Of a stretch of 64,000 bases of DNA, positions 22,788-34,492 are shown piece after piece. Under the pieces are notes generated by a model that ran no database searches, was not told the DNA's origin, and saw only the letters and a program-made list of their open reading frames with translations. Source of the stretch: an uncultured Methanosarcinaceae archaeon. Its GTDB lineage: Archaea; Halobacteriota; Methanosarcinia; Methanosarcinales; Methanosarcinaceae. Positions within the stretch are counted from its first letter, which is position 1. Each line of letters starts with the position of its first letter. The stretch spans positions 320,001-384,000 of the forward strand of contig CAWHXP010000003.1 in assembly GCA_963833425.1 (NCBI GenBank). Direction: 5' to 3'. Made by a program: the position numbers and the translations under genes.

Positions 22788-23495
22788 ATGAGAAACACTG
22801 AACAAAAAATATTGGATGCAGCCGTAAAGGTATTCTCCAGCGAAGGATATGCTGGTGCAACTACCCGCAAAATTGCACAAGAGGCAAATGTTACTGAAGT
22901 GACGTTGTTCCGAAAATTCCAATCAAAAGAAAACCTGTTGAAAGAGGTCCTCATCAAAAATAGGCATGCTATTTCATCACGAAATCAGTTGTTAAATATA
23001 AACAGAAAGGTAGACATTGAAAAAGATCTTAGTATGCTAGGCAAAGAAATTGCAAAGGATATGGAGGATGAAAAAAAGGATAGTATATCTTATATGTTTA
23101 TGTTCATGTTGTTCGAAGAAGGACGACGTAGACCCGAACTCGCTGAAATTTTAGCATCTGTTTTCCAAACTAATATGAATCATCTGATAGAATATTTTGA
23201 GCTGCAAATGAAAAATGGGAAAATACGTAATATAAATGCTCAATCAGCAGCACTAACTTTTGTTAGTTATTTCATCTGCTCAGCCTTCTTAAGAGGAATA
23301 TTTGTTGACTATAATTTTAGCTATAAAGTTGAAAATTTTATCGACATATTTACTAAGGGCATCTTGAAGGTCGAAGAAAAGGAGAAGGTTATGGAAAAGG
23401 AAGAGAAACTACAGAAGTTGAAAGAAGATATTGCCAAAAAACATGAGATGCTCAATCATCTGGAAGAGCAAGTCCGAGAGCTGGAAAAAGAGTAA
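22788..23495 (+). CDS. TetR/AcrR-family regulator with a C-terminal coiled-coil tail
   Basis: KILDAA..FS.EGYAGATTRKIAQEANVTEVTLFRKFQSKENL. Confidence 0.93.
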   Translation: MRNTEQKILDAAVKVFSSEGYAGATTRKIAQEANVTEVTLFRKFQSKENLLKEVLIKNRHAISSRNQLLNINRKVDIEKDLSMLGKEIAKDMEDEKKDSISYMFMFMLFEEGRRRPELAEILASVFQTNMNHLIEYFELQMKNGKIRNINAQSAALTFVSYFICSAFLRGIFVDYNFSYKVENFIDIFTKGILKVEEKEKVMEKEEKLQKLKEDIAKKHEMLNHLEEQVRELEKE

Positions 23496-23633
23496 TCTTT
23501 AGAATGAGATCTCGTTTCTCAACAACTACCAAATCATTTGTTATTGTTGTTAACTCTAAAGTGTGCTCTCATCACAATGAATTACTAAAAATATTTCGGG
23601 GCCCAATTTTCAGAGAAATCACTAAATGCCTAG

Positions 23634-23723
23634 GAGGATTTCGATAAATACCTTAATTTAGTTACGTAATTATGGATGATAAACAAATGATTCTTGAAAA
23701 TCAGATATTTATCAAAATTCCTC
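23634..23723 (+). mobile_element. MITE family A copy
   Basis: gaggatttcgataaatacc...tgattcttgaaaatcagatatttatcaaaattcctc. Confidence 0.8.
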
Positions 23724-24420
23724 TAGAGTCTTCACAATAAAAATTAAAAATCAACATTTTTTCAAATGATGAATTTGTATTGGATTTCGGAATTATTTCT
23801 TTTGCCCTGTTGATTCTACTAGATTTCTATACAAAAGTATTCTCTGCATATTTTTGTGTGAAAATCTGTGTATTTGCTGAACCCCTGCATCTGTAAGACT
23901 TTTAAAGTCCTCCAAGACTGACAAGGAATGATAGCTACCTTTATGGATGAATGTGTAGCTTGTGGGGCAATGCTATCGATTTTAGAGATAATGGGGGAAA
24001 AATGAGTACCGCTTTTGAATCAAACATACTGAAATTTAAAATCGTATAATTACTGTAAATGTATTAACAAAAATTAATAGAATCAGTAGATAATAGATAT
24101 TGTGAAACTTGTCTAGATTAATAAGATGTTCAAAATAAATAGCGAACGCTTGAACGCTCTCTAGATATTTCTTTTCTGCATTAGCGCATATTATATAGAT
24201 GTTGGTGAATTCAATGATGTGTGGTCGCGATGCCGATCTTTTAGGAGTTATATGCGATTGTAATTCTCAAAAACGGGCTATACTAGAGGAATAACTCGAC
24301 TCCGAGCTTTATGATCTTTACAGCTATTCAAAAGAGTGGGGTAGACACCCATCTACAATAAGACTGCAATTCTCAAACATTGAGCTTGAAAATAAACCAA
24401 TCTTCTTCTGATACCTACCC

Positions 24421-24719
24421 CATAAAAAACTATTCTTATGATAGGTAAATTTGAACCATCATCTAAAATCTTTCATGTTTATGGATATCATAACTCCGAG
24501 ATAACATCAAAAGATAGAAAATGGAAATGTTCTGACTGCAAGACAAAACATTGATAGAAACATTAATGCTGCAATTAACATCAAAAAATTCACTCTCATT
24601 AATCAAAACTAAATGAAATCTGATATTTGGAATTCGTGGGATGGGCTTGAGAACTTGTTCTCAAAGGAGAAAGGAATAAAACAAGAAGCCACTTAGTCTT
24701 CAGCTTAGTGGTAGTTCAC
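24421..24719 (+). mobile_element. tnpB: tnpB 3' remnant plus IS200/IS605 right end
   Basis: KTILMIGKFEPSSK...KDRKWKCSDCKTKH / DRNINAAINIKKF, then hairpin gccacttagtcttcagcttagtggt and a TTCAC end. Confidence 0.8.
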
Positions 24720-24746
24720 TCTTGTATTTTGTGAATTTTTTAATTT

Positions 24747-24863
24747 TAGAACTTAAGCATCGAAGTACAAAATCAACCAAAGTAAGAAGATACTTTTCTA
24801 CAATCCAAATTTTAAATATGACGTCTGATGTGTTGATTTTACATCAAAAATGCGTAAGTTCTA
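24747..24863. mobile_element. MITE family B copy
   Basis: tagaacttaagca ... tgcgtaagttcta. Confidence 0.7.
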
Positions 24864-24887
24864 AAAAAATAATGAAGATGTCAGCCT

Positions 24888-25379
24888 TTATGTATATTCA
24901 TTGTAAGCCACTATTTCTTCAAGAGCTTTCCTTGGCCTGGAAGCGGGCGATTCAGATGGGACTCCCACAGTCAATAAAGCGACGACTTTTTTGTCCTGCG
25001 GTATTTTGAGTATTTTTTTGACTTCGTCTTCGTCGAAAGCACCAATCCAGCAGGTGCCTAGACCTAGCTCTACGGCTTCCAGGGCAATGTGTTCTAGGGC
25101 AATGGCAAGGTCGACCTGGTGCCACTTTTGAGCAGAGTCTCCTATACCTGCGATTACGTGCGATGCGGCACCTACGAAGGCTTGGTTATTAGAAGCGGTA
25201 ACAAGCTGAGTTTTTATTTGTTCTTTCTCGACAACAATAAACTTCCAGTTCTGTCGGTTCCCTGCCGATGGCGCAAGTCTTGCAGATTCCAGTAGTTTCT
25301 CGAGCTTGTCCTTCGGTATACACTCTTCTTTATAAGCCCTTATGCTTCTCCTATCCTTTATCGTGTCAAATATGGCCAT
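24888..25379 (-). CDS. nitroreductase-family protein
   Basis: RRSIRAY, ARLAPSAGNRQNWKFIVV, LGLGTCWIGAF. Confidence 0.93.
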   Translation of the reverse strand: MAIFDTIKDRRSIRAYKEECIPKDKLEKLLESARLAPSAGNRQNWKFIVVEKEQIKTQLVTASNNQAFVGAASHVIAGIGDSAQKWHQVDLAIALEHIALEAVELGLGTCWIGAFDEDEVKKILKIPQDKKVVALLTVGVPSESPASRPRKALEEIVAYNEYT

Positions 25380-25551
25380 GTTCTTCTCACCTGCGGTCAG
25401 AGATTAATGAAGTACTTATATAATGATCGATATTACTTAAAACCCCTATGGAAGTATAATGCTATAGATATCTGCATAGCTCTCTATTCGATAAGTACGA
25501 GATTGAAGAGGTTCATTATCTATCTTTATTCCGAGAATTTTCTTTTGATCT

Positions 25552-25764
25552 TAGGACTTACGTAATTGTCTGCTTTGCAGACATGGGCTTCTACAACTTT
25601 TATAATAAGGAAGAATTTGTCTTTTTTAGAAATCGATTAACAGCATTTCTTGGAATCTACAATCTGATTTGATAAATCAGTTTTTTGTATCCGCTTCAAT
25701 TTAATGAATATAATCATATATGAAACATAATGCCAACTTTTCCCTACAATTGCGTGAAATTTTA
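25552..25764. mobile_element. longer MITE family B-like copy
   Basis: taggacttacgtaattg ... caattgcgtgaaatttta; right end degenerate. Confidence 0.45.
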
Positions 25765-26370
25765 CAGGGTCATAAGAGGGGCAGTATACTTATTATTTTA
25801 AAAGAGTAAAATTAATTAATTTTCAAGAAGTAACAAACGATGGCTGTGAACAGTATAGATATTTAGGCAGTTCTAACAAGACAGCATTCCTACAAACACC
25901 TAATTTTTTGCTGAATTTGTATCTCTTTTGTGTTGGTTTGTCAGGAGTAGGGTATTTGCTCTGGTTAGTTATCTCACAATATTATATCCTCTTTTTACAA
26001 AGTCCATCAGGAAAGTTACATAATGATCTTCAAGTTTAAAAATCTAGCATGATGATTCAAAGAAATTCACATCTTCTAATGATAACAAATAGTTAAATAT
26101 TGAGAAACTAAATAGAATAGAATAATATAATAATACACATAAAAATAACAGTTACGACTAAAATTATGAATCTGATCTGGCATAAATTTGGCAATTTTTT
26201 AACGGACTTGAAGTTCAATAATATCAAAATTTATGTGGAATTAACTCGAAATTTCATTTTTTGACATCATTACCGAGTAATTGAAAAATTTTAACCAGTC
26301 AGCCTAAGTGAACGCTTCAGGTCCATAACTAACTTTATCCAGACTATCCTCTGTAAAGAAGGCGCCTTTA

Positions 26371-26925
26371 ATGAAAATAGTGAAATTTATTTCAGGAATG
26401 CGATTCTTTGGGTTAATTCCGATTATCGGGTTGGCAATTGCAGCTTGCATTCTGTTTATCAAAGGCGGCATTGATCTGATTAACTTGCTGGTAGAATTGG
26501 TTGCCGAAATAACAAACACAGGTACAAAAGGTGTTATTATTGTTGGATTTGTGGAGACTGTTCATTTCTTTCTAATTGGTACAATACTTTTCCTCACTTC
26601 ACTCGGCTTCTATCAATTATTTTTTCAGGCGCTTCCTTTACCGGATTGGCTGAAGATGAATAACATTGAGGAGATGGAATTGAGTCTAATAGGACTTACT
26701 GTAGTCGTACTAGGGGTCAATTTCTTAAGCGTAATTTTTGAACAACAAGAAATCAACCTGGCGATCTATGGAATTGGCTACTCTTTACCGATATTATCAC
26801 TGTCTTTTTTTATGAAGATACGTTCTGGTATGGAACGAAATGAGAGTAATTACCCGATGACAATCGAGAATGCATTATCTAAAACTAGTGAACAAGATCA
26901 ATTAATGGACGAAAAGAGATATTGA
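26371..26925 (+). CDS. YqhA (UPF0114) family membrane protein
   Basis: VETVHFFLIGT..LGFYQLF..LPDWLKMNNIEEME; four TM segments. Confidence 0.85.
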   Translation: MKIVKFISGMRFFGLIPIIGLAIAACILFIKGGIDLINLLVELVAEITNTGTKGVIIVGFVETVHFFLIGTILFLTSLGFYQLFFQALPLPDWLKMNNIEEMELSLIGLTVVVLGVNFLSVIFEQQEINLAIYGIGYSLPILSLSFFMKIRSGMERNESNYPMTIENALSKTSEQDQLMDEKRY

Positions 26926-27342
26926 AGAATAAGGAAGTTTACCGAAGATTCAGTAAATTTTGAATGGATCTGTATCCTTCGTCTTCATCACAATAACAGG
27001 ATTTATTGATACCATTATGCCAAATTTTAGAAAAAGTTTGTATCATTTTTTTTGGATTTTATGTTTTACTTCAAAATATAGTTTTTTTTGGAATTGTATA
27101 GGAATTCGAATTAAAAATATTTTATCTTAATAGCGTTATGCAAATTAAAATATTGTTCTCATAATTTGTCTTTGAAAATTTTAATGAGTTAAATAATTGA
27201 TATTTATGCAATCATGTATTTATAAATTTAAAAATATATTTTTCTAGTAGAAAAGTTTACTTTGTAGAGTGAAGTATTATCCATTTGTATTTTTGAATTT
27301 ATTTTTTATCATTAATACATAAACCAAATCAAGAGGCAGATT

Positions 27343-27972
27343 ATGAAAAATTTGACAAATAATGACACAAACAAAGGGCGTATCTTCATTAAGGCTTTAG
27401 GGATCACTATTCTGGTGCTATTTCTACTAGTGAGTCTCGCATGCGCGACGCAGGATTCAGATGCCCAGTTTAATAAGGGAAGAGTCAATCTAGCAAAATT
27501 AGGTCATTCAGATGAAGCAATAAAAGCATATGAAAAAGCAATGACTCAGGATTCAATTGATTGGAAAAATGAAGGAGTTAATCTGTATAATTTAAATAAA
27601 ACCGATGAAGCATTAAATGCACATGAAAAAGCAATTGAAATAAATCCGAAGGATTCAGCAGGTTGGTACAATAAAGGACGTGTTCTATATAACTTAAATA
27701 AATACAATGAAGCTATAAAAGCATATGACAAAGCAATTGAAATTAACCCGCAGAATTCAGATGCTTGGGATCACAAAGGACGTGCTCTACATAAGTTAAA
27801 TAAATACGATGATGCAATAAAAGCATACGACAAAGCGATTGAACTAAACCCGTATAATTCAAATGCTTGGAGCAATAAAGGACTTGCTCTAGATCGTTTA
27901 AATAAAATTGATGAAGCAATGAAAGCATATGACAAAGCAAGTGAAATTGATCAGCAGAAATCAAAAGCTTGA
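27343..27972 (+). CDS. secreted TPR-repeat protein
   Basis: signal peptide plus repeated W.NKG..L..LNKY.EAIKAYDKAIEINP. Confidence 0.9.
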   Translation: MKNLTNNDTNKGRIFIKALGITILVLFLLVSLACATQDSDAQFNKGRVNLAKLGHSDEAIKAYEKAMTQDSIDWKNEGVNLYNLNKTDEALNAHEKAIEINPKDSAGWYNKGRVLYNLNKYNEAIKAYDKAIEINPQNSDAWDHKGRALHKLNKYDDAIKAYDKAIELNPYNSNAWSNKGLALDRLNKIDEAMKAYDKASEIDQQKSKA

Positions 27973-28035
27973 AACAATGAAGTAAAAGCTTTAAAAGAAT
28001 TTTGATAAATTTCAATATTTAATAATATGCTTATA

Positions 28036-29170
28036 GAGGATTTCGATAAACTTCGGATTTTATTTCTTAGCAGGGAGTTCTCATATCTTCCCCACAATTT
28101 CTCTATTTAATTCCTCTTTTTGGCTTTACTTTATTCTCAATTCTTTGATTTTAAAGATAGCTTCCGCTATCTTCAATATACTTTTTTTATTTTCAATGTC
28201 CTTAATTGATAGAGATTATAACAAAAAGCCGTACACAACATTTTTAGATTTACTCTTTTAACAGTAGTAACAAAAACTCTTCCTGCTTTGAAAATTTCTT
28301 TCGTTACTGAATAAACTCTTTCCCCTTGGAATCTTTTTGAGCTAATTCTCTTATTTCCTAATATATCCTTTATTCCCAACGTATGTCCTTTGACCGCTCT
28401 TTTCATTGTTACATTATACCCTTTCGTTTTTGCTCCAAAGTATCCTCTGTCCTTATAAACCACTTCGTTTTCCTCTGTCAAATCTACATACGAATCATGT
28501 ACTGACGCAGTTGTTGTTTTGAATCTTCTGATCAGCTCATAATCTCTGTCTATTATATTATGAAGCTTGTATCCAAAATGAGACTTACCTCTCTTTTTTG
28601 TCCATGTTCCATCTCTGATTCTTCTTGTTTTTGCCTCATCTCTCTGCTTTTGCATGTCCTGGATCTGAATGGATAAAAGTAGCATCCTGAATAATTCCCT
28701 GCTTTATCTGTAAACCCAGAGCATAAAGTTGGCTTTGCAACTTCCCCCATATTTTCTTTGAAATTCTCGATAATTCTCTCCCTAAATAGCCATACAGTAG
28801 TACTGTCAGGCATGTATTCCGGAAATTCAAGGAATTTCCTAAAAGAAATTCGATCTATACACTGTTTCTCAAGTTCAAAATCATAGAGACCATGCCATTG
28901 TTGTAAAACAAGCATTTTGAATATCACAATGACATCAGTTTCGGATCTCCCTCCTGAAACGGTTTTGTTGATATACATAGACTCAAGAATAATACGAAAC
29001 GCTTTCCAATCAATTAAGGAATAAATTTCAGCAAGCTTACCTCCAACAGATTAAAGAAGTTTATACTCTTCTTTAAGAGCAAAATCAGTAAGAATTTTCA
29101 TGAATATACATAAATATTGACAAATTTAAAGCCAACCATGCTCAAGAGCATGGAGGTTATCGAAATTCTC
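28036..29170 (-). mobile_element. IS5-family element copy 2 (frameshifted)
   Basis: near-identical to 12686-13818; both TIRs present; left flank (27996-28035) looks like half a MITE A. Confidence 0.93.
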
Positions 29171-29488
29171 ATAATTAAGTGTATCCTTATTCGATGATTT
29201 AAGTAAAACCTGTGTATTCATTCCAAATTCAGATCAAAATATCCCTACAATTTTGGATTAAACTGAAAAAAATACAGATATATTGTTATAAACCTATGCA
29301 CTAATAAAACTAGCAAATCTGAGTATTTTCCCTGTTTAGATAGTTCCCTCAGGAGTACTTGAAAAGGATCTCCATATATATCATACTGTTTTTTTTCACA
29401 ATAACCGTGATCTATTTCATACAATTTGATAAAGTCATCTCAATCCAAGTAATAAGTACGACCATAGCTAACAAAAAAGGAGAGTTTT

Positions 29489-30073
29489 TTAAGTCAAAAT
29501 TTTCTTTTGTTCAACACACCTTCCATAGAAGTTCGCAATGAATATTGAACTCGTTAAAATCGTTGCTGGAATACCGATAAGGACAATTGAGAGAATTGCA
29601 AAGACAATTTCAAGTGCAGATTGTTTCAGTACTGTTACGATATAATCTCTAATATTATCTTTAACAACGTTTAGTATATAAAATTCAAAGAAAGACTCAA
29701 TTGTCTGTTTCCTGAAGAAGTTAATCATGAGTAGCGGGATCACAAAGAATGCAAGCAGGAAGGCAATGAGATGTCCAAGAGCTTCACTTACATAAGTTAC
29801 GACAAAAATTACAATTGTATATGCGATATAGAAAGGAATAGCCTTCAGAAAAATAATGATCCCAAGTTTCAAGTCGTCTATTAAATCAAGATCTATAGGC
29901 TCATCATACCTTCCATCAACAAATTCATTTATAAGTTTTACAATATATCCAAAGAGTACAAGCCAGCCAAAAATCGGAATAAGAAGCAAAAGTGCATATA
30001 AAAGCTTTTTTGGTGCTTTAAAAGGATACTTAAAAGCTTCTAACAAACTTATAATTTTTATAATTATCACCAA
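29489..30073 (-). CDS. DUF4013-like membrane protein
   Basis: EAFKYPFK..LLLIPIFGWLVLFGYIVKL..LKLGI..FLK; multiple TM segments. Confidence 0.75.
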   Translation of the reverse strand: MVIIIKIISLLEAFKYPFKAPKKLLYALLLLIPIFGWLVLFGYIVKLINEFVDGRYDEPIDLDLIDDLKLGIIIFLKAIPFYIAYTIVIFVVTYVSEALGHLIAFLLAFFVIPLLMINFFRKQTIESFFEFYILNVVKDNIRDYIVTVLKQSALEIVFAILSIVLIGIPATILTSSIFIANFYGRCVEQKKILT

Positions 30074-30249
30074 TGCTTATTCTGCCTTTTAAATATATAG
30101 CGGTTATCCCCAAATTTTGTGACATATAAATTTTCGTTAAAGTTTGAAATTATTTAATAATTATTTTAAATTAACTATGCAAAAAATAGTTTCGGAATAA
30201 AGTTATTTTCTGATTGACTCTGTATAATTTAGTTTCATCATAAAAATAG

Positions 30250-31175
30250 AATGTTAGTCAGTAAACCTATTGACTTCCCATCAATTTCAACAAAAGACAA
30301 AATAATAAGCTGTTGGAGCCTCAAAAAAGAAGTCGGTATCAACATCAGATTAACAACAATAAAATATTGCATGTGTAAGTAGTGAGATGATCAATTCGAT
30401 GCTTTAAAGCGTATTTATCCCTAACAAATTGACTTGTTCTGCGAACTGGCTGAGCAATTCTTATTTTTTGGTGCTGCTGGGTTTAGCTTGCTGTGCTAGC
30501 ATAGAAACATAAGCTTTGACCATAAAAATCATTGCTCTACATCCTACTTTTTGTAGTAAAAAATCCATGAAACTCTTACCCATTCCATCCGATTATTCCA
30601 CCAAGCGAACTCCCTGCGAAGTTCAACTGCTCCAACTATTTTCCTTCTACACTTCCATCTATTAGTTTTTTAGGTCTGCATTCGAAAACTAATTGTATCT
30701 TCAAGAAGACCATCAATTAACTCATAGCGACCTCTCCCAAGTACTACCAGCATTTCGAAAAAATTCCTTTAGACTTCGTCTATGATCCTTTTAGCCAGTT
30801 CCAATAAAAATATTTGCTTTTTCTCCCACATCTCATAGCTGCAAAAGCACACTATATCCCCAAGAGCTATTTCATCCCCTTTGCTAGATTGTATGTTGAA
30901 CTCAGGAGGGAGGGAATGACTGCTATGTACTTTCGCACTGACGGCTGTAATTTTTTTGTTTTACTATATTTTTCAAGGCAGCTAGAGTGTTTCAATCCCT
31001 AATTTGTAAGATACTCATAAAGTTCCTCAAACTTTTGGTTAACCATTATATCTGCTTTATATAAGTAGAACTCTTGCTTCTTTTCCCCTAAAGATTTTCA
31101 TACCTATGGCTTCTTCAAAAGATTCAAGATTTTTTAATTCCTCTAATACACCCTGATATACGCTCTTCGTACCAT
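30250..31175 (-). pseudogene. heavily degraded unidentified gene
   Basis: ggaggt RBS and ATG at 31175, then protein-like fragments (LLELAKRIIDEV; LEQLNFAGSSLGGIIGWN) broken by many stops. Confidence 0.35.
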
Positions 31176-31451
31176 TACCTCCCTAAAATATCTAACTACC
31201 AGCTATCTCTATTTAGAATTTTTTAATTTTGTTCCAATTTTATCTCCACTTTTGAAAGAATAATGGAATTTTATTCAATCATGAAAGTACTATTCTCATT
31301 TGGAAAAGTTGATCCACTTATATATAAATCAATTCTCTTATTAGGAAGGGACGTTTTATCATTTACTGCGTTATTGATCGATTGAATTCGCTTGCCAATA
31401 GAATTAATGGTGAATTTTAGTGATCTTAGAGGATATTAAAAATCTCTTACT

Positions 31452-32105
31452 TTAAGGTTTTTTAGAACCCTTTTTAGTTTCCTGCTTTTTTTTCTTTTTT
31501 TCTGAATGTTTACTAATTTCTTCCTTTATAGTTTCAGAAGATCCTTCAAGCCCAAAGATGTCGTAGATATTATAGGGCGTTTCTAATATTGTGATATTTT
31601 CCATCTGTGCAAGTTTTTCTGAGTTTGTAACATCTACTTCACGCATAGTCAACTCAAAAGCTCTGCCACTAGGTGCAGCAGTTTGTACAGTCCCCCTCTT
31701 CTGGTCTACAGGCAAAATAAAGATAGGTGTCTTCCCCTTTGCAGTCTGGGAAACGGTATTTGTAACAAGAGTGTCTGCAATCCCGTATACGATCTTTGCG
31801 ACGGTATTAGCGGTTGCAGGAGCTATTAGCAAGAAATCGTAGTGCCCCATCTGCAGTGGGCCTGCAATGAAAGGGGAATTAGGGCCGGCATCTACTTTGA
31901 AATTAGGGAAATCATCCTGGATTTTGTCCCACAGGTGATACCATTTCATTACAGTCTCACCCTCTTTGGAAAGGAAAACCATTGTATCAACACCTGTTTT
32001 TTCCTTGATATCCACAAGAACGTTATAAGTCTCAATCATTTGGTCTCCGGAACCTGTAATTCCCCATGCTATGCGTTTAATTTTTTTTCCTAACGGTTCT
32101 ACCAA
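31452..32105 (-). CDS. afpA: archaeoflavoprotein AfpA
   Basis: RIAWGITGSG, FLSKEGE.V.KWY, PFIAGPLQMGHY, APATANTVAKI; TTG start after ggag RBS. Confidence 0.9.
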   Translation of the reverse strand: MVEPLGKKIKRIAWGITGSGDQMIETYNVLVDIKEKTGVDTMVFLSKEGETVMKWYHLWDKIQDDFPNFKVDAGPNSPFIAGPLQMGHYDFLLIAPATANTVAKIVYGIADTLVTNTVSQTAKGKTPIFILPVDQKRGTVQTAAPSGRAFELTMREVDVTNSEKLAQMENITILETPYNIYDIFGLEGSSETIKEEISKHSEKKKKKQETKKGSKKP

Positions 32106-32189
32106 AATAACACTCTCCTGAAAAAGTTTCAATCTAAACTTTGGATGGATTTATTATCCTGATTAATTTGATTTTTAATTTTATTTCTG

Positions 32190-32860
32190 AAACTCATAGA
32201 TTTTTCTGTAGCCCTCCTGAATTTAATTCTCATCTACCTCCTTCATATTTCAGATTTTTTGGCCTCAGATTTCGAAGCCACTTTATACTATAAGGTTTTC
32301 CTGTGCTAGCTTCTTCAATGTTTTTCTAAAATATTCAATACGCTCCTGATCCCAGTAAATTCCTTATGTTCTGTTATCTTTCACCACAATTTTTCTCAGA
32401 TTTGCTCCGAAAGAGCCACCTCCAATAGAGTTAATTTCATTGATTACATAATAATTTAGAATAATCTGGATGACGATAACTTCTAAGCCCATTTGGCCTC
32501 ATAAATCTGTAATTCACATCCCTAATATAATGAAAATTTAATCATCTAACATAATAATCGAATAATTTTTCATCTGCATAAATGATCAGGAATTTATTTG
32601 TTGATCAATAATTAAATATTTTGGGCATAAGTTTGCTTAGAAAAATCTTGTAGCCTTTGACAACAACAGCTCAGTAGATTACCACGATCGGTTTTGTATG
32701 ACCATTAATTTTTCGCTGATATACAGAATTTCCTATTATTCAGGCATCAAGCCAATTATTTTGCCTTACGGCTCGGTTGAGATATAATTCCTGTTAATAA
32801 AGCTTTTTTGTCCTAACACAGAAAATCACAGTGAATAAAAAAATTCATCGTTTTTCCTTT
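32190..32860 (-). pseudogene. possible ATP-grasp (RimK-like) pseudogene
   Basis: fragment MGLEVIVIQIILNYYVINEINSIGG resembles the ATP-grasp D..E.N tail; many stops. Confidence 0.35.
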
Positions 32861-33130
32861 TGAGAATAATTAATAATTTCAACACCTTATTCTTCATTTG
32901 AAACCTTCGGACTTTCTTGAATCAGATAAATGATCATCTTATTCCGAGGATTTTTTGATATTCCGTGAATTTTGGTAGGTGTTGCTTCTATTTATTATAT
33001 ATCCCCTTCGAAAGTACCAGTAAAAATTACTAGTGTGCCAGTAAAGTATCTCGGATACTAGAATATATCTGTATGGTTAATATTTCAAAATTCGATCATT
33101 TCGAACCCATTTGTATAACACAGATGTATA

Positions 33131-33217
33131 GGGGATTTCGATAGACCCAATTTTGTCATATGCTTATAAGTGGTACATAAAATAACTCATGAGAATCAGA
33201 AATTTATCGAAATCCTC
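33131..33217 (+). mobile_element. MITE family A copy
   Basis: ggggatttcgatagaccc...aactcatgagaatcagaaatttatcgaaatcctc. Confidence 0.85.
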
Positions 33218-33430
33218 TTCAGAAGACACAAACAGGAAATTGGCATTATCTAAACAAAAATATAATCAGTTTTCATTTAAATAATCAAGTACTTAATTAC
33301 TTTGAGTAACTTTTTGATATTATCCTACCTTTGATGAAATTAATCCGTAGCTGACTAAATTTAGAATTATTATTGGACAGAAAAAGGATATAAAGCCGTA
33401 TAAACTCATTAGTTGTTAATGGTGAGTTAA

Positions 33431-33637
33431 ATGCCTTGTGGATACTGTGGGGAGAGGATAGAGTGGCTAGCATTCAAGTGTCATCAGTGCGGGATGTCTC
33501 TTTGCGTAAATTGCCGCTTACCAGAGAATCACGAATGTACGCCAGTTACTCGATGTTTAGGAACATTTGTATATAAAACAGTGGAGAAACCCAAAAAAAG
33601 GGAAAAAGATGACGCACATGCGAGCATAGATATTTGA
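33431..33637 (+). CDS. AN1-type zinc finger protein
   Basis: CxxC..FKCxxC...CxxCRLPENHxC; ggtga RBS. Confidence 0.85.
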   Translation: MPCGYCGERIEWLAFKCHQCGMSLCVNCRLPENHECTPVTRCLGTFVYKTVEKPKKREKDDAHASIDI

Positions 33638-33886
33638 ATATTTTTAATCTTTTCGAGATCTTATAAGACAATGTATTTGCTGGGGAGAGTAACTGTGAAC
33701 CTGATTAGTGTATAAAAAGATTTTAAATCGTTCCAATAATGCTACTTTTTAGGTCCTGCTGACATATTGTATAGATGCACGTTCCGATCCTGTACCGTAC
33801 AAGGAAGCTCCACTCATATATTATCCTACAAAATATATTATATTATAACATGGAGATATAATGTTTCCTGGCACTCGTAACTGACA

Positions 33887-34200
33887 ATGAAACTCCATCA
33901 GATACACCTTTCTAGACTCGTTCGGTTATATATCATCGAGGAATATCAGCGATTGCAGATCTACATTCTGAACGGTCAAGAAGTCGACAACCTAGTCACC
34001 GAACGTATTGACTATGCTCTATTTAGGAATATCAAGAACGGTGACCGCTATTTTGAAGGAATCCATGTCAAGAAACTGCGGTATATGCTCTGTCGCGTGC
34101 AAGAACTGAAATGACATGTTGCGGTCCCCCTACGACATCCTATCTGCAAAACGAATGCCATTCTGGAATCGCTGCTTCACGACAGATACACTGGGTAAGA
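33887..34200 (+). pseudogene. degraded ORF, weakly LysR-effector-domain-like
   Basis: EEYQRLQIYILNGQEVDNLVTERIDYALFR; GC above background. Confidence 0.3.
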
Positions 34201-34312
34201 GCATATTGGAGCCGGAGCAGCAAAAAATAAAAGACCAAAATGTATCCCAGCGAGAAGGTGGAAGCGTGGCAAAAATGAGCATAAGATACCGAATTTGGAG
34301 GAGCGAGAACAG

Positions 34313-34489
34313 ATGACCGAGAAGGAGAACCAAGCAATAAGCTATCTTGCAAATAAGAGAGCATGCCTCGCTTGGCTTCGGACAGCGATTGCCTTAATCA
34401 GCTTTAGCCTCGCAGTAGCCCAGTTTCTAGAACGCAAAGTCGTACCCTGTGTACCCCTCGGAGCACGTCAACCATCATGGTGGAGATGA
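34313..34489 (+). pseudogene. truncated DUF202/YidH membrane protein
   Basis: YLANKRACLAWLRTAIALISFSLAVAQFL; similarity stops near 34430 at the edge of the frh block. Confidence 0.7.
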
Positions 34490-34492
34490 ATT

